The position numbers were made by a program, and so were the translations under genes. From the IMG/VR virus record IMGVR_UViG_3300027007_000013: a DNA stretch of 64,000 nucleotides; one strand, given 5' to 3'. This DNA comes from a virus. Lineage: Duplodnaviria > Heunggongvirae > Uroviricota > Caudoviricetes. Position 1 is the first letter of the stretch; each line of letters opens with the position of its first letter. Shown in pieces: positions 29,084 through 39,147 of this stretch. The notes below the pieces were generated by a model that worked only from the letters and a program-made list of their open reading frames with translations, was not told the origin of the DNA and made no database searches.

Positions 29084-29331
29084 TGTCGAGTGATCCGCGG
29101 ATGCTCCAACTGCTCCAGAGTCAGAACGAACTGCTTCGTCAGCAGAACGCGTTTGTCGCCGATCTCGCGAAGACGCAGAACGACCTGCTGCGATTCCAGT
29201 ACCTGGAGCGTCTTGGTCGGATGCCAGAGGTCGAGATGGCCGAGGAGTACGTCCACTCGGACAAGGTCGAGCGACTCCGCATCACTGTAGTCAAAGGCTC
29301 TGATGGGGACACCCCAAAACTTCACGATTAA
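29083..29331 (+). CDS. hypothetical coiled-coil protein
   Basis: Q/L-rich heptad-like N-terminus. Confidence 0.45.
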   Translation: MSSDPRMLQLLQSQNELLRQQNAFVADLAKTQNDLLRFQYLERLGRMPEVEMAEEYVHSDKVERLRITVVKGSDGDTPKLHD

Positions 29332-29333
29332 AG

Positions 29334-29762
29334 ATGACATTAGCAAGTGGAGCGGAAGACTTGCCGAAACGACTCGGAGAACTGTTCGACGACCCACGTC
29401 TCGGGCTGGTCAGTGTCCGGCATGGGTCGGGGCGCGACGGCGTCCTCCCGTACAAGTCGGTTTCTCAACTCCCGAACGAGAAGCCGGCCATCGAGATCGC
29501 ACACGAAGATCCGTATCTCACAGAGACGACGCTCACGTTCGACGCACTACTGGCTGAGTACGGTTGCACGTACACGACGGTTGGCGAGAACACCTACGTC
29601 TACGAGGTGACCAGTCTCGGCGAGGACGCGATGAAGGACATGGACGTCGTCCGCGGCCTTGCAGACGCTGGGTTGTCGGCACTGGCCGCTGGTGACATAG
29701 ACGGTGTGGAGGACGTGCTCAGGGAGATAGAGGACATCGCTGTTCAGTGGGAGGACCCGTGA
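29334..29762 (+). CDS. hypothetical protein
   Basis: 142 aa. Confidence 0.5.
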   Translation: MTLASGAEDLPKRLGELFDDPRLGLVSVRHGSGRDGVLPYKSVSQLPNEKPAIEIAHEDPYLTETTLTFDALLAEYGCTYTTVGENTYVYEVTSLGEDAMKDMDVVRGLADAGLSALAAGDIDGVEDVLREIEDIAVQWEDP

Positions 29763-30013
29763 CGGGCGACGACGGATACGTACCACCAGGAGCGATGCCC
29801 CGAAACGCGAATCGGATGAAAGAGGCTGTCAGACAGTGGAACGCTGCGGTCGAAGGGCTCCAGGAGCTCGTCGACGATCTCGATGATCTCGACATCCCCG
29901 ACCGACACGACATGCGGGAAGCTGAGGAGACCATCATGCACGACCTTCCGGACGCGGAGCTGTTCCTGCGCGATGCGTGGGATGACCTAACAACGGTATT
30001 CGATGATGAGTGA
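29747..30013 (+). CDS. hypothetical protein (GTG start)
   Basis: 88 aa. Confidence 0.4.
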   Translation: MGGPVTGDDGYVPPGAMPRNANRMKEAVRQWNAAVEGLQELVDDLDDLDIPDRHDMREAEETIMHDLPDAELFLRDAWDDLTTVFDDE

Positions 30014-30209
30014 CGACGAAACAATCACGGTAGAAACGGACGGAGAAACGTACGCAGACATCCGCGTCGACGGCGAGGTGGCTGCATCGGTCGATGTTGT
30101 CGACAAGGACCAGGTGAAAGCAAAGCTCTACGAGCTGACGAACGCGGCTGACCGAGACGCGATAGACGTCTGGTTCCTGGACCGGCCGACGGAGGGCGAC
30201 GATGAGTGA
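30003..30209 (+). CDS. hypothetical protein
   Basis: 68 aa. Confidence 0.45.
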   Translation: MMSDDETITVETDGETYADIRVDGEVAASVDVVDKDQVKAKLYELTNAADRDAIDVWFLDRPTEGDDE

Positions 30210-30645
30210 GCAGGAGGAACCGATCACGTTGGCCGAGCTCCTGGGAGACGAGGAGGTCGAGTTCGTCGTGTTCAAAGACGGCGACGAGGTGACCACATTC
30301 GAGGACTTCGGTGCAGCTGTCGACCGTGTGCTCGAGACTGTGGGCCTCGATGTTGGCGTGGTCCAGAACGTCGGTGGCCCGCGGCGCCCGGTGTACCTCT
30401 CGATGGCGGGTGTCGTTGAGACACTGCTCGCCGACGTGCCCGACGATGTCCACTTACAGCTGCGAGAAAAGTACAGCGAGTTGATCGACCGACATGGTAA
30501 GCTCAAGGACGCTGCTCGTGAGGCCGACGTGACCGACGACCCGATGCACGCACCCGGTGAGATCCGGGCCGAGGCGGATGGTGTGCTCTACGGCATCCAG
30601 GCTATCGAGGAGGTTCTGAACGACATCGAGGGAAACGATGAGTGA
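30202..30645 (+). CDS. hypothetical acidic protein
   Basis: 147 aa. Confidence 0.5.
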   Translation: MSEQEEPITLAELLGDEEVEFVVFKDGDEVTTFEDFGAAVDRVLETVGLDVGVVQNVGGPRRPVYLSMAGVVETLLADVPDDVHLQLREKYSELIDRHGKLKDAAREADVTDDPMHAPGEIRAEADGVLYGIQAIEEVLNDIEGNDE

Positions 30646-31060
30646 ACACGTCGCGACGTACGCACTGGAGCTCAAGCGCGACGTTGGGGGGATGACAGTC
30701 TGGTATCAGGTCGAGGCCGAGGGCGATGTCGATCTCGACGAGGACGAGCTACGTGAGATGGGTGTCGACGCTGTCGAGGCGAACCTCCCTGACGCCCCTG
30801 TCGGCGACCTGGTCCTCGCGTTTGCCGAGATGACCGAGCTGGAGACGTCGGCGTACACGTTCGAGTTCTCTGAGACGGTAAACTACCACGCAGATGGCAC
30901 CGACTGTCAGGGCCTCGCTGCTGGTGGTAGTCTCGACGAGGATGGTGAGCTACGTCTCACGGTCTACCGGACGGAGATGGACGGCGTAGACGTGAGCAAA
31001 CCGACGAAGGTGGACCGGGTGGCCATCGACGACGTGAAGGCGGTAGTGGACGATGAGTAG
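30638..31060 (+). CDS. hypothetical acidic protein
   Basis: 140 aa. Confidence 0.5.
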   Translation: MSEHVATYALELKRDVGGMTVWYQVEAEGDVDLDEDELREMGVDAVEANLPDAPVGDLVLAFAEMTELETSAYTFEFSETVNYHADGTDCQGLAAGGSLDEDGELRLTVYRTEMDGVDVSKPTKVDRVAIDDVKAVVDDE

Positions 31061-31394
31061 CACCGTCCAGGGACAGGTGTCGAAAGCCTCCTCGTCGTTT
31101 TCGAGCTGGTGGGAGATCGAGCTCGAGATACCGTTCGAGATGGCGATGGATGCGTACTTCGTCTACCGCGAGTCGAGCCACAAGTGCTCTGACCGTATGG
31201 CGAACGCCCTGTACTACGGCATGAAGCTCGCTAACCACGAGCGGTCGGATATGGTCGAGGTCGAAGTCACTTACTACGACCAGGGGTGGCGGACCTGGTT
31301 GCTGAAGACCGTCAACATGCGCCCGTACTTTGCGTCCGACCCGGAGCAGGTGAAGCATCTGGAGGAGTTGGCCGACCTGTTGGAAAACATCTGA
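31053..31394 (+). CDS. hypothetical protein
   Basis: 113 aa. Confidence 0.5.
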   Translation: MSSTVQGQVSKASSSFSSWWEIELEIPFEMAMDAYFVYRESSHKCSDRMANALYYGMKLANHERSDMVEVEVTYYDQGWRTWLLKTVNMRPYFASDPEQVKHLEELADLLENI

Positions 31395-31585
31395 TGTCAG
31401 TCGAGGAGACCGGCGTGTGCCCCCACTGTGAGATCAACCTCAAGCAGACGGGGACAGCCTTCGGGAAGTACGACAGCGCACTCCTGTTCACGTACGAGGG
31501 TCACCTGGTGTTCGAGTGCCCTGATGTCCCCCCACAGACACGAGCGCACCTCAATGAGGGAAAGGGTCATACTTCCCTGAAGTGA
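31394..31585 (+). CDS. small Cys-rich protein
   Basis: CPHCE...FECPD. Confidence 0.4.
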   Translation: MSVEETGVCPHCEINLKQTGTAFGKYDSALLFTYEGHLVFECPDVPPQTRAHLNEGKGHTSLK

Positions 31586-31595
31586 AATGTCAGGT

Positions 31596-31973
31596 ATGAG
31601 TTTCGAAAAGTACCAGGGGTCGAGCCGTGGTCGGAAAACGATCAGTCACCCATGTGTTAAAATCTGGTCGTCCGGTAAGATCGCCTTCAACGACGTGGCT
31701 GTCGAGGAGTGGCTGGATAATGCAGAGTACGTCGGGATCTGGACGCACAGTGAGATTCCACAGGTGGCCATCGCTCCGTCGACGAAGTCAAACTCGGGTC
31801 TCCCACACGTCTATGCGCTCCATACGCAGGGGACGTACAACGGCAAGCTCCTCCAGGTACGCAAGTTGCTCCGCGATTTCGGATGTTCCCGACCGGACGA
31901 ATCTCTCGAGCTCGACGCCTGGTACGACGACGATCGGGAGATGATGGTTGTCGACCTGGACCCACTGACGTGA
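31596..31973 (+). CDS. hypothetical protein
   Basis: about 125 aa. Confidence 0.45.
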   Translation: MSFEKYQGSSRGRKTISHPCVKIWSSGKIAFNDVAVEEWLDNAEYVGIWTHSEIPQVAIAPSTKSNSGLPHVYALHTQGTYNGKLLQVRKLLRDFGCSRPDESLELDAWYDDDREMMVVDLDPLT

Positions 31974-32014
31974 CCCCCACCCCCGGGACACCGATATAGC
32001 CTGTCCGAGCGGTG

Positions 32015-32057
32015 AGCCCTATTGGTACGGCGAGTCGGTTCGATTCCGACCAGGGCC
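32015..32057 (+). ncRNA. tRNA-like acceptor/T-arm minihelix (not a complete tRNA)
   Basis: GCCCT..(13 nt)..GTCGG-TTCGATT-CCGAC-CC-AGGGC: a canonical T-loop with a 5-bp acceptor-like stem; no D or anticodon arms. Confidence 0.5.
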
Positions 32058-32091
32058 GTGTGCGCCCACACGCTGGCGCCCAAGAAGTAGC

Positions 32092-32520
32092 GTGGAACGG
32101 AACCATGACGCAGATAACCCAGGAGGTGGCGCAACGATGGAGGTAATCGTTACGCCGTACGGCAACGAACCGAAGTTAGTGACGAAGGCGGAAAGTCTGG
32201 TGCGCGACGGCTACGCTGCTGATGTGTGGGTACTATGCGAACGCATCCTCGCCTCGAATGGGGCTGATATGCTGGTCCAGTTGCGAAACGAGGATGGGGA
32301 CAACTGGCTCATCGAGGAGAAGGGGCTCGGGACAGCTGTGCTCCAGCAGGACTGCATCGCGATCGAGGCCGAACACCAGACGGAGAACGCGGTCCTCGTT
32401 GGTCGATACGCGACACCTGGCGGTCAGGGGACGGAGTCCGGGCTCCACCTCCGTGATACGCTCGGAGACATATGGCTTCCGAAAAGCCAGATCACCTCGT
32501 TTGAACTGAAGTCTGACTGA
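32092..32520 (+). CDS. hypothetical protein
   Basis: 142 aa; alternative ATG at 32137. Confidence 0.45.
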   Translation: MERNHDADNPGGGATMEVIVTPYGNEPKLVTKAESLVRDGYAADVWVLCERILASNGADMLVQLRNEDGDNWLIEEKGLGTAVLQQDCIAIEAEHQTENAVLVGRYATPGGQGTESGLHLRDTLGDIWLPKSQITSFELKSD

Positions 32521-32540
32521 CACCACCCCAACGATAGACC

Positions 32541-33074
32541 ATGCGACAAGATACCACAACGGAAGACGTGAACACACTGGAGCTGACGGTGAACGATGGC
32601 CACCCGCTCGACGCGGTCGCTGCGGCGCTTGATGCGCTGGACGTGACTGAGGACCGTATCCAGACAGCACAGATCGCAGTCACCTACGAACCCGACCACT
32701 CGGTACCACCAGAACCGGCTGTCGAAGATGAGCCAGTGCAGGACGAGGAAGAAACCGTCGAGCTCGACATCAACGTGGTCGATACCTGCTCCGTTTCGTA
32801 CGGGAGTCAAGCGCACGCGATCCTCAAACACCTCGAGGAGATCACGGACGAGAACGAGTGGGCAACCCCACTTGGGGTCGCAGAGCGACTCGGTGATGAA
32901 AGCAAAGCGACGACCGTGAGCGCGCAGATCTCGAAGTACCACGATCGTGAGTTGGTAGAGAGAGCGCCACGAGACGACATCCCGCAAACGGCATACAAGT
33001 ACAAGATCACGCTTCTTGGGCGGGAGGCGTTGCGTCGGTGCGAGTTCGAGGAGGACCAGAGCATCCCTGCATGA
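32541..33074 (+). CDS. putative winged-helix DNA-binding protein
   Basis: acidic N-terminal half; the C-terminal region is weakly reminiscent of a winged-helix domain (inference only). Confidence 0.4.
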   Translation: MRQDTTTEDVNTLELTVNDGHPLDAVAAALDALDVTEDRIQTAQIAVTYEPDHSVPPEPAVEDEPVQDEEETVELDINVVDTCSVSYGSQAHAILKHLEEITDENEWATPLGVAERLGDESKATTVSAQISKYHDRELVERAPRDDIPQTAYKYKITLLGREALRRCEFEEDQSIPA

Positions 33075-33352
33075 GTCGAAAACGGGCGGGACTCTCGCCG
33101 CGACAACTCGGTGCGTTGACTCGCGGTGGGTTGGTCGAGGTAGACGATGGGACGCGACGCTCCGTCGAGCTGTACTGTGTACAGGACGATGCAGAGGTGT
33201 GGACGAGAATCGCGACGACAGACGATGGGGAGGAGTTGACCGTACTTTCGTTCCCCGAGAGTACGTGGGAGGACGTCCTCGATGTCCTCGGTATCGACGA
33301 TGGACGCGATAAGGTCAAGGTCGGCTCGATGGTGTGGGTGTGTCGAGACTGA
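33071..33352 (+). CDS. hypothetical protein
   Basis: internal ATG of ORF 33038..33352. Confidence 0.4.
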   Translation: MSRKRAGLSPRQLGALTRGGLVEVDDGTRRSVELYCVQDDAEVWTRIATTDDGEELTVLSFPESTWEDVLDVLGIDDGRDKVKVGSMVWVCRD

Positions 33353-34051
33353 CGCTGCTGGTGGTAGTGGTGACAGGTCGATATTAAATATTCTTATACT
33401 TGCCACTGTATCGGGATGAGTGATCGGCGTAGATCAGGGTTAAAACTGTCTGATGGGCTTATCTGTGGGACAACCCGAAAGTTATAATGAGTTGGGGAGC
33501 AGAGTGTATGATACCGGATATGGATAGCCACATCGGGGTGGTAGACACGATGTTGATCACCCCAGACCCACACGAGCTGCACACGCACTACGAACTACTG
33601 GAGCTTGGGCGCGAGGAGTTCCACGGGACAGTCACTGTCGTTGGACTGGCATCGTAGCCTGACGAGACGATCTTCGAGATATGACCCCCACACTCGGGAC
33701 GCGGTTTACTGGTGTCCACCGTGAGTCCGATGTGTTGGTTCCATTGGTCAAAAACTCGGCCGTATGGCCCGTTAGGGCGGGATTATCGTACTATGTAGGG
33801 TCTGTATCTAAATACTTGCACGCCGTAGTGTATGCTACGGGAAAGTGCCCTGTCCTCTCAACAGTGCAGAGCACAGACCCGTTCAACTGGGTAGCTGCGA
33901 GCGACCCCCTTTCGGAACGTGAGCGATCCACCTGGGGAGGTGTCGCCTCACGTCGCTCTCAGTTTTACGTACTCACGCCCGTGAGACTGGTGTCTCTCAT
34001 TCCGTTCGATTCGGGACACGGGAATCACCCATCTGGGTGAGGTTTCAAACG

Positions 34052-34459
34052 ATGGAAGAACTACCGCCGACAGCTGAGCCGGCGCACGAACAGGAGTATA
34101 ATGTGACGATGCCGCGCGAGATGGTCGTCTACTACGACACGGTGCTGGACCAGACGATCACGGTCCGTGACGTCGACGACTCGGACGACGGGTTCGTCAC
34201 GTACCACCCTGACGGTGACCCGGAGGGGATGCAGAGCGATCCCATGAATCGCTTCTTGGCGTGGTTGGCCGCTGGCCGCTTCGTCAAGCTGGGCGACCGA
34301 ATGGAAGCACATGGGCTCGACGCGAGTGACAAGGAGGTAGCCCGAGTCTTCGCCGAGGCGTACGGATACGACCCGCGCGAGTTCCGACCGATGGAGCTCG
34401 CTCGGTTCCTCCTATCCGAGCGGCTCGACGAAACGTTGATCATGGAGGAAGATGGATAG
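34052..34459 (+). CDS. hypothetical acidic protein
   Basis: 135 aa. Confidence 0.45.
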   Translation: MEELPPTAEPAHEQEYNVTMPREMVVYYDTVLDQTITVRDVDDSDDGFVTYHPDGDPEGMQSDPMNRFLAWLAAGRFVKLGDRMEAHGLDASDKEVARVFAEAYGYDPREFRPMELARFLLSERLDETLIMEEDG

Positions 34460-34785
34460 CGCGCTGCAAGACTTCGACGAAATAGAGGTGTCGGACGACG
34501 ACTGGCACCACCTGGAGGTCACGATGTGCGGCGCGGAGGTCGAGGGGATCGTCTTCGACGGCGACATCGTCTTCGCCACGGAGCAGTACATGTCGGGGCG
34601 AACCGACCTGGACGACGTCGACGTGGGTCGCTAACTGGGTACGACCCATGTATCTTCCCCATTACCGGTCTATTCACTCCTGCTGACTATTCGATATAGA
34701 TTGTACGGCATCAACCCCGAAACGGGTATTTGTATATAAAATCACCGCAACACTTTTCTGATACTAAAGACCAACTATCACATAG

Positions 34786-35460
34786 ATGAGTGGTGGACGC
34801 CGCCCGGACATTGACAGGTCCCCGTTCCGGGACGAGATCCGTATGCTCCTCAAGAGCAAGGGTCGTGCGCATAGCCCGACCTACGAGGAGCTGCAAGAGA
34901 CGATCGAAGAACGGTACGGAGAGGAACTCACTGTCCGACAACTCCGCGACTACATGAACAAGGAGTTGCTCCCCGAGGAGCTCATGCCCGCCAAGGAGGC
35001 GCAGGAGGAGTTAGAGCGCCGGAAGGAAACGGTCGATATCGCCGCCAAGCGACAGGAACTGGTCGAGCTACAAGAGTCGCGACTGGGGAAAGCAGTCGAC
35101 ACGGAGGAGCAGATGGGTGGGATGCTCCTCGACCAGGTGAATGAACAGATCGAGCTGAAAGACAAACTGCTCGAATCCCTGTCGAAAGACTACGAACGGC
35201 TTGGTGTCCTCCAGTCCACGTCGGACATCGATATCGACGTCAACCAGATTCAGGCCGACCCGTTCAGTCAGATGCTCGCCGAGTCCCTCCAGATCGAGCT
35301 CGAGGAAGATACTGACGACGAGCATGCTGACTACCGCGACCCGGAGGACATCCGCAACGAAGCTGAGTCTGACGAGGAGTTCGAGGAAGGTGAGTCCGAG
35401 GACGCCTGGATGGACAAAGACCCCGACGAGATCAGCCTCGACGACCTCCCCGACGAGTAG
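34786..35460 (+). CDS. putative terminase small subunit (coiled-coil, acidic C-terminus)
   Basis: immediately upstream of the terminase large subunit; basic N-terminus, coiled-coil middle, very acidic tail. Assignment by position only. Confidence 0.4.
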   Translation: MSGGRRPDIDRSPFRDEIRMLLKSKGRAHSPTYEELQETIEERYGEELTVRQLRDYMNKELLPEELMPAKEAQEELERRKETVDIAAKRQELVELQESRLGKAVDTEEQMGGMLLDQVNEQIELKDKLLESLSKDYERLGVLQSTSDIDIDVNQIQADPFSQMLAESLQIELEEDTDDEHADYRDPEDIRNEAESDEEFEEGESEDAWMDKDPDEISLDDLPDE

Positions 35461-35477
35461 CCACTACCACCAGAAGC

Positions 35478-35514
35478 GTGTGTACGTACATACGCGCCCA
35501 TACGTACATACACC
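35478..35514. repeat. GTACGTACATAC repeat element (palindrome-family variant)
   Basis: GTGTGTACGTACATACGCGCCCATACGTACATACAC, directly after an ACCACCAG motif. Confidence 0.6.
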
Positions 35515-35532
35515 CCCTGAAGCCCTCCCCAA

Positions 35533-37176
35533 ATGCCCACAGCGAACCTCCTGAACACGAAGGCCGGCAAGTTCGGCCAGGTCCCCGGCGCCGCCTCTCG
35601 CGCTCGCATGTCCGAGCTCGTCGAGGGGAAAGGTGCGATCGACCTTCGCGACTACCAGTCCCACTTCGAGCAAGCGTTCGACGATCCCGTCGAAGCACAG
35701 ATCAAGTTCGAGAACTGGTGTTGCCGAGTCAAAGACACGCTGATCTCGTCGTCGGGTATCGATCTCCGACCATACCAGAAGGAGTTCTCCGATCGCATCA
35801 TCAAGTCCGTCGTTCGGAATGATGGACAGACGTTCTTCGCCGAATGGGCTCGTCAGAGTGGAAAAACGGAGACACTGGCCTCGACGGCCTACGCGGTGTC
35901 TGTCCTGTTTGCCCCGATCCGCATCGGTATTTTCGGTCCGAAGCAGCGACAGGCGCAGATCATGTGGGACCGCGTGAAAGAGCGGTACAACCAGGAGGTT
36001 CTCGACGGACTTGGGCTCGAGATCGAGAAGTATGGGGGAAACACGTTCAAGCTCTCCTCTGGGTCCGTGGTTCAGGCGATCACGGCTGGCTCGGGGAACA
36101 TTGAGGGGGAGACATTCGACCTGATCCTCATCGACGAGACGCAGAAGATCAGCCGCCGGATGCTCCTTGCGGAGATCTGGCCGATGGGGGCGGAGACCAA
36201 CGCGACGAAGTGTTGTATCGGAACGCCGCACTTCCAGGACTGCTGGTTCCGAGAGCAGCTGGAGCGGCTGAAGGGCACGCCGTTCTGTATGATATACGAC
36301 TGGCGGACGCCGGCGAAATACTCGAAGAACTACCGGAAATCGATCGCCCGCCAGCTGGAGCAGATGAGTCCGGAGTCCGAGGAGTTCCGCACACAGTACG
36401 AGCTCGAGTGGATTCTGGAGTCGGGGATGTTCATCACGATAGAGGACTGGCGCCGGATGAACCCGCCGCCGCTCATGACCCCGGTCGTGACGAAAGAGGA
36501 GCTGTACGACAGCGAGATCAACTCGAAGTGGCAAGTGAGAGCGGGCGTCGACCTCGCGAAAGAACACGACTCGACTGTTCTGACGGTCACTGGCAAATAC
36601 TTCGGGTCGTGGGAGCCATACTGGGATGGCTTCTCGGAGGAGACGATCGTACTCCTCGACGTGGTCGAATTGGAGGGCCTCGAGTACCCGGACCAGATAG
36701 ACATCATTCAGGAGGAACTGGACCGATGGCACGCCGACGTGCTTGGAGTGGACTCGACTGGTGTCGGCGACCCGGTGACAGATATCCTGAAGCGAGAGCT
36801 GAACCAGCACGTCGAGGGCATCAAGTTCACGTCATCGAGCAAGCACGACCTGTACAAACACGTCGAGCGGAAGGTGAAGGTCGAGGAGGAATGGGACTAC
36901 TGCAACTTCGTGATCCCAAAGAAGGTCCGCTCCTACCCACACCTGGAGGTGTCGATGCGGAAGATGGAAGAACAGTGGTTGGAGCTGACGAAAGAGTACA
37001 AAGGGTCACGCATGAGTGTTGAGGGACCGGATAGCGGGCACGACGACTACCCGGACAGTGCAGCCCTCTCCATGTGGGTGCAGGACGCCGACTACAACAT
37101 CGACGAGAAGCACATGACCTCGCCAACCCCAGTCCTGGGGACGATGAACGGCATCGGGGCGAAGATCGGGTACTGA
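35533..37176 (+). CDS. terminase large subunit
   Basis: Walker A FAEWARQSGKT, Walker B DLILIDETQ, C-terminal RNaseH-like nuclease region; 547 aa. Confidence 0.8.
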   Translation: MPTANLLNTKAGKFGQVPGAASRARMSELVEGKGAIDLRDYQSHFEQAFDDPVEAQIKFENWCCRVKDTLISSSGIDLRPYQKEFSDRIIKSVVRNDGQTFFAEWARQSGKTETLASTAYAVSVLFAPIRIGIFGPKQRQAQIMWDRVKERYNQEVLDGLGLEIEKYGGNTFKLSSGSVVQAITAGSGNIEGETFDLILIDETQKISRRMLLAEIWPMGAETNATKCCIGTPHFQDCWFREQLERLKGTPFCMIYDWRTPAKYSKNYRKSIARQLEQMSPESEEFRTQYELEWILESGMFITIEDWRRMNPPPLMTPVVTKEELYDSEINSKWQVRAGVDLAKEHDSTVLTVTGKYFGSWEPYWDGFSEETIVLLDVVELEGLEYPDQIDIIQEELDRWHADVLGVDSTGVGDPVTDILKRELNQHVEGIKFTSSSKHDLYKHVERKVKVEEEWDYCNFVIPKKVRSYPHLEVSMRKMEEQWLELTKEYKGSRMSVEGPDSGHDDYPDSAALSMWVQDADYNIDEKHMTSPTPVLGTMNGIGAKIGY

Positions 37177-37256
37177 ACCCCTCTGACAACCTAACATTTT
37201 TCTGGTAATACCACATTAGCAATACACTTAAGCGTAGGTAGTACCAGATTTGTGAT

Positions 37257-37397
37257 ATGGGAAGAACAGTCGAGACGGGCGCCGTGAACGAGCGTCCTGA
37301 AGATATTCGGGAAGAAGGACAGTGTCCGTGCTGCGGGACCGAAGTATCCGCAGAAGACCACGACCACGAGTGCAGCTGCTCGGACGAGAGCGAGTAA
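37257..37397 (+). CDS. small zinc-ribbon protein
   Basis: CPCCG...CSCSD. Confidence 0.3.
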   Translation: MGRTVETGAVNERPEDIREEGQCPCCGTEVSAEDHDHECSCSDESE

Positions 37398-37413
37398 CCT
37401 GGAGTCGCCCTGA

Positions 37414-39147
37414 ATGAGTGACGCAGAAACACCGACAGACGACGCGAACGATCCAGTCGAGATCACCGCCGAGGTCGAGTCGGCTGACGGCACAACGGCA
37501 ACGGTCACCCGATCGGCATCGCTGGCCGAAGTTGTCTCTGAGCCCCGCGAGATCCTCGAGAAAGATCAGTTCGAGACTGACTTCGACCTGTATGAACGGC
37601 TCATAGAGATCGACCCCGAACTGGCTGGGACGATCCGCGCACAGGCACAGCTGGCCTCTGGCTTCGAACTAATCCACCCCACTACAGAAGGAGACAGTGA
37701 GGAGCCGACGGACGCAGATGTGACCGCACATAACGACTGCATGGAGCTGGTCCAGGCCCTGGACCTCGACCTGTCCCAGCCGTCGATGTTCAAGCACATG
37801 ATCGGGATGGGTAACGACATCTCGAAGATCATCTATTCGGATGGCGTTGGCGTGACTGGTCTCCAGTCGCTCCCCCTCCGGTCGGTGACGATCATCGACG
37901 AGGACACACAGCCGGGTGTGCAGAACGCAATTGCTGAAGCGAAAAAGCAGGCGCAGGACGACGAGGAGATCGAGCTCACGACGTACACCGATAACCTCCC
38001 GGACGCAGTCGTACAGGATGCCGACTTCTACGTCCTGAACGAGGGCAAGAAGGACATGAAGATGATCGAGTCGTGGAAGATCCTTCACCTCGCTGTCGAG
38101 CGCCGTGGCAACTGGTTCACCGACAAGTTCGACCGCAAGACCTACGGGGTGTGGGGTGCCCCGCGAATCGAGCCGACAAAGTTCGCCCTCCAGGCCAAGC
38201 ACAACACGCTCACGAACAAGGTGTCGATGGATGACTCACTGATCGCCCGTGAGATCTACCACATCGACGTCGCCACGCTATTCGGCCACATCAATAACGA
38301 CGACAAACGAGAGAAGAAAGCGAAAAAGTACGCCTCCGACCTCAAGGAGACACTCGAGGGACTGGGTCCCGACGAGAAGCCGATCCTCCCGGACGAAGTG
38401 AGCGTCGACGTTCAGGGACCCGAGGGGAAGGCCAAAGAGCACGGTGACTTCCTCGACCTGATGAACGATTCCATCATGCACGCACTGACGTTCAACGTCT
38501 CTGGCGTCGGGCGTGACGCTGGTGGACCGTACATTGGGAACCGGCCGGCGAAGGATACGTCGCTGAACAACGTCCGGCACCTTCGCGAGACGATGGGTCG
38601 ACAACTCCGGAAGCTGTTCAAGATCCACCTGCTCCTCAAGCACCCCGAGTGGCGCGAGGATATGGCCGACCCCGAGGACGTCTCGACATGGAAGCTCCGC
38701 GATGACATCACGCTCCCCAAAGTCGAGTGGGCGCAGATGGAAGACGGAGACCTCGAGCGCATCGTCAACGCGGCGACGAAAGCGTACGGGTCGAAGCTGA
38801 TCACGCGTAACGAGGCCCGAGAGATGTTCGGCCTCGACCCGATCCCCGACGACGAGATCGACCGCCTGTTCCAGGACCAGTTCATGAACATGGAGATTCA
38901 GGACGAGTTCAACCGACGCCAGCAAGAGCGTCAACAGGAGGATGCCCCCGAACGGGATCAGGATACTGAGGAAGAAGACGAGGAGGATGCAAGTGTTGCT
39001 CAGACCGCCTCCACCTCACTACCACCAGAAGCGCAAGAAACAGTCGCGAATGAATCGTTCCGATCGGCGCTGGCCACAGGGTTCGATGACGCTGTGTCGA
39101 ACATGAACGTCGCGCTGAGTCAGGGGGATGCTGATGACACTGAGTGA
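37414..39147 (+). CDS. portal protein
   Basis: 577-aa gene immediately after the terminase with an acidic C-terminal tail; assignment by synteny and size. Confidence 0.6.
   Translation: MSDAETPTDDANDPVEITAEVESADGTTATVTRSASLAEVVSEPREILEKDQFETDFDLYERLIEIDPELAGTIRAQAQLASGFELIHPTTEGDSEEPTDADVTAHNDCMELVQALDLDLSQPSMFKHMIGMGNDISKIIYSDGVGVTGLQSLPLRSVTIIDEDTQPGVQNAIAEAKKQAQDDEEIELTTYTDNLPDAVVQDADFYVLNEGKKDMKMIESWKILHLAVERRGNWFTDKFDRKTYGVWGAPRIEPTKFALQAKHNTLTNKVSMDDSLIAREIYHIDVATLFGHINNDDKREKKAKKYASDLKETLEGLGPDEKPILPDEVSVDVQGPEGKAKEHGDFLDLMNDSIMHALTFNVSGVGRDAGGPYIGNRPAKDTSLNNVRHLRETMGRQLRKLFKIHLLLKHPEWREDMADPEDVSTWKLRDDITLPKVEWAQMEDGDLERIVNAATKAYGSKLITRNEAREMFGLDPIPDDEIDRLFQDQFMNMEIQDEFNRRQQERQQEDAPERDQDTEEEDEEDASVAQTASTSLPPEAQETVANESFRSALATGFDDAVSNMNVALSQGDADDTE

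Noticed and set aside
31975-32095. Complete tRNA around the T-arm at 32033-32049
   Set aside because: Only about 43 nt fold (acceptor-like stem plus T-arm). D and anticodon arms are missing, so it is reported as a minihelix.
33681-34040. 119-aa + ORF in the region 33353-34040
   Set aside because: Composition unlike neighbouring genes (hydrophobic, low D/E), with no start context. The region may be non-coding or regulatory, so the ORF is not called.
35464-36810. 448-aa minus-strand ORF opposite the terminase
   Set aside because: Same antisense GC artefact. The terminase on the + strand has Walker A and B motifs.
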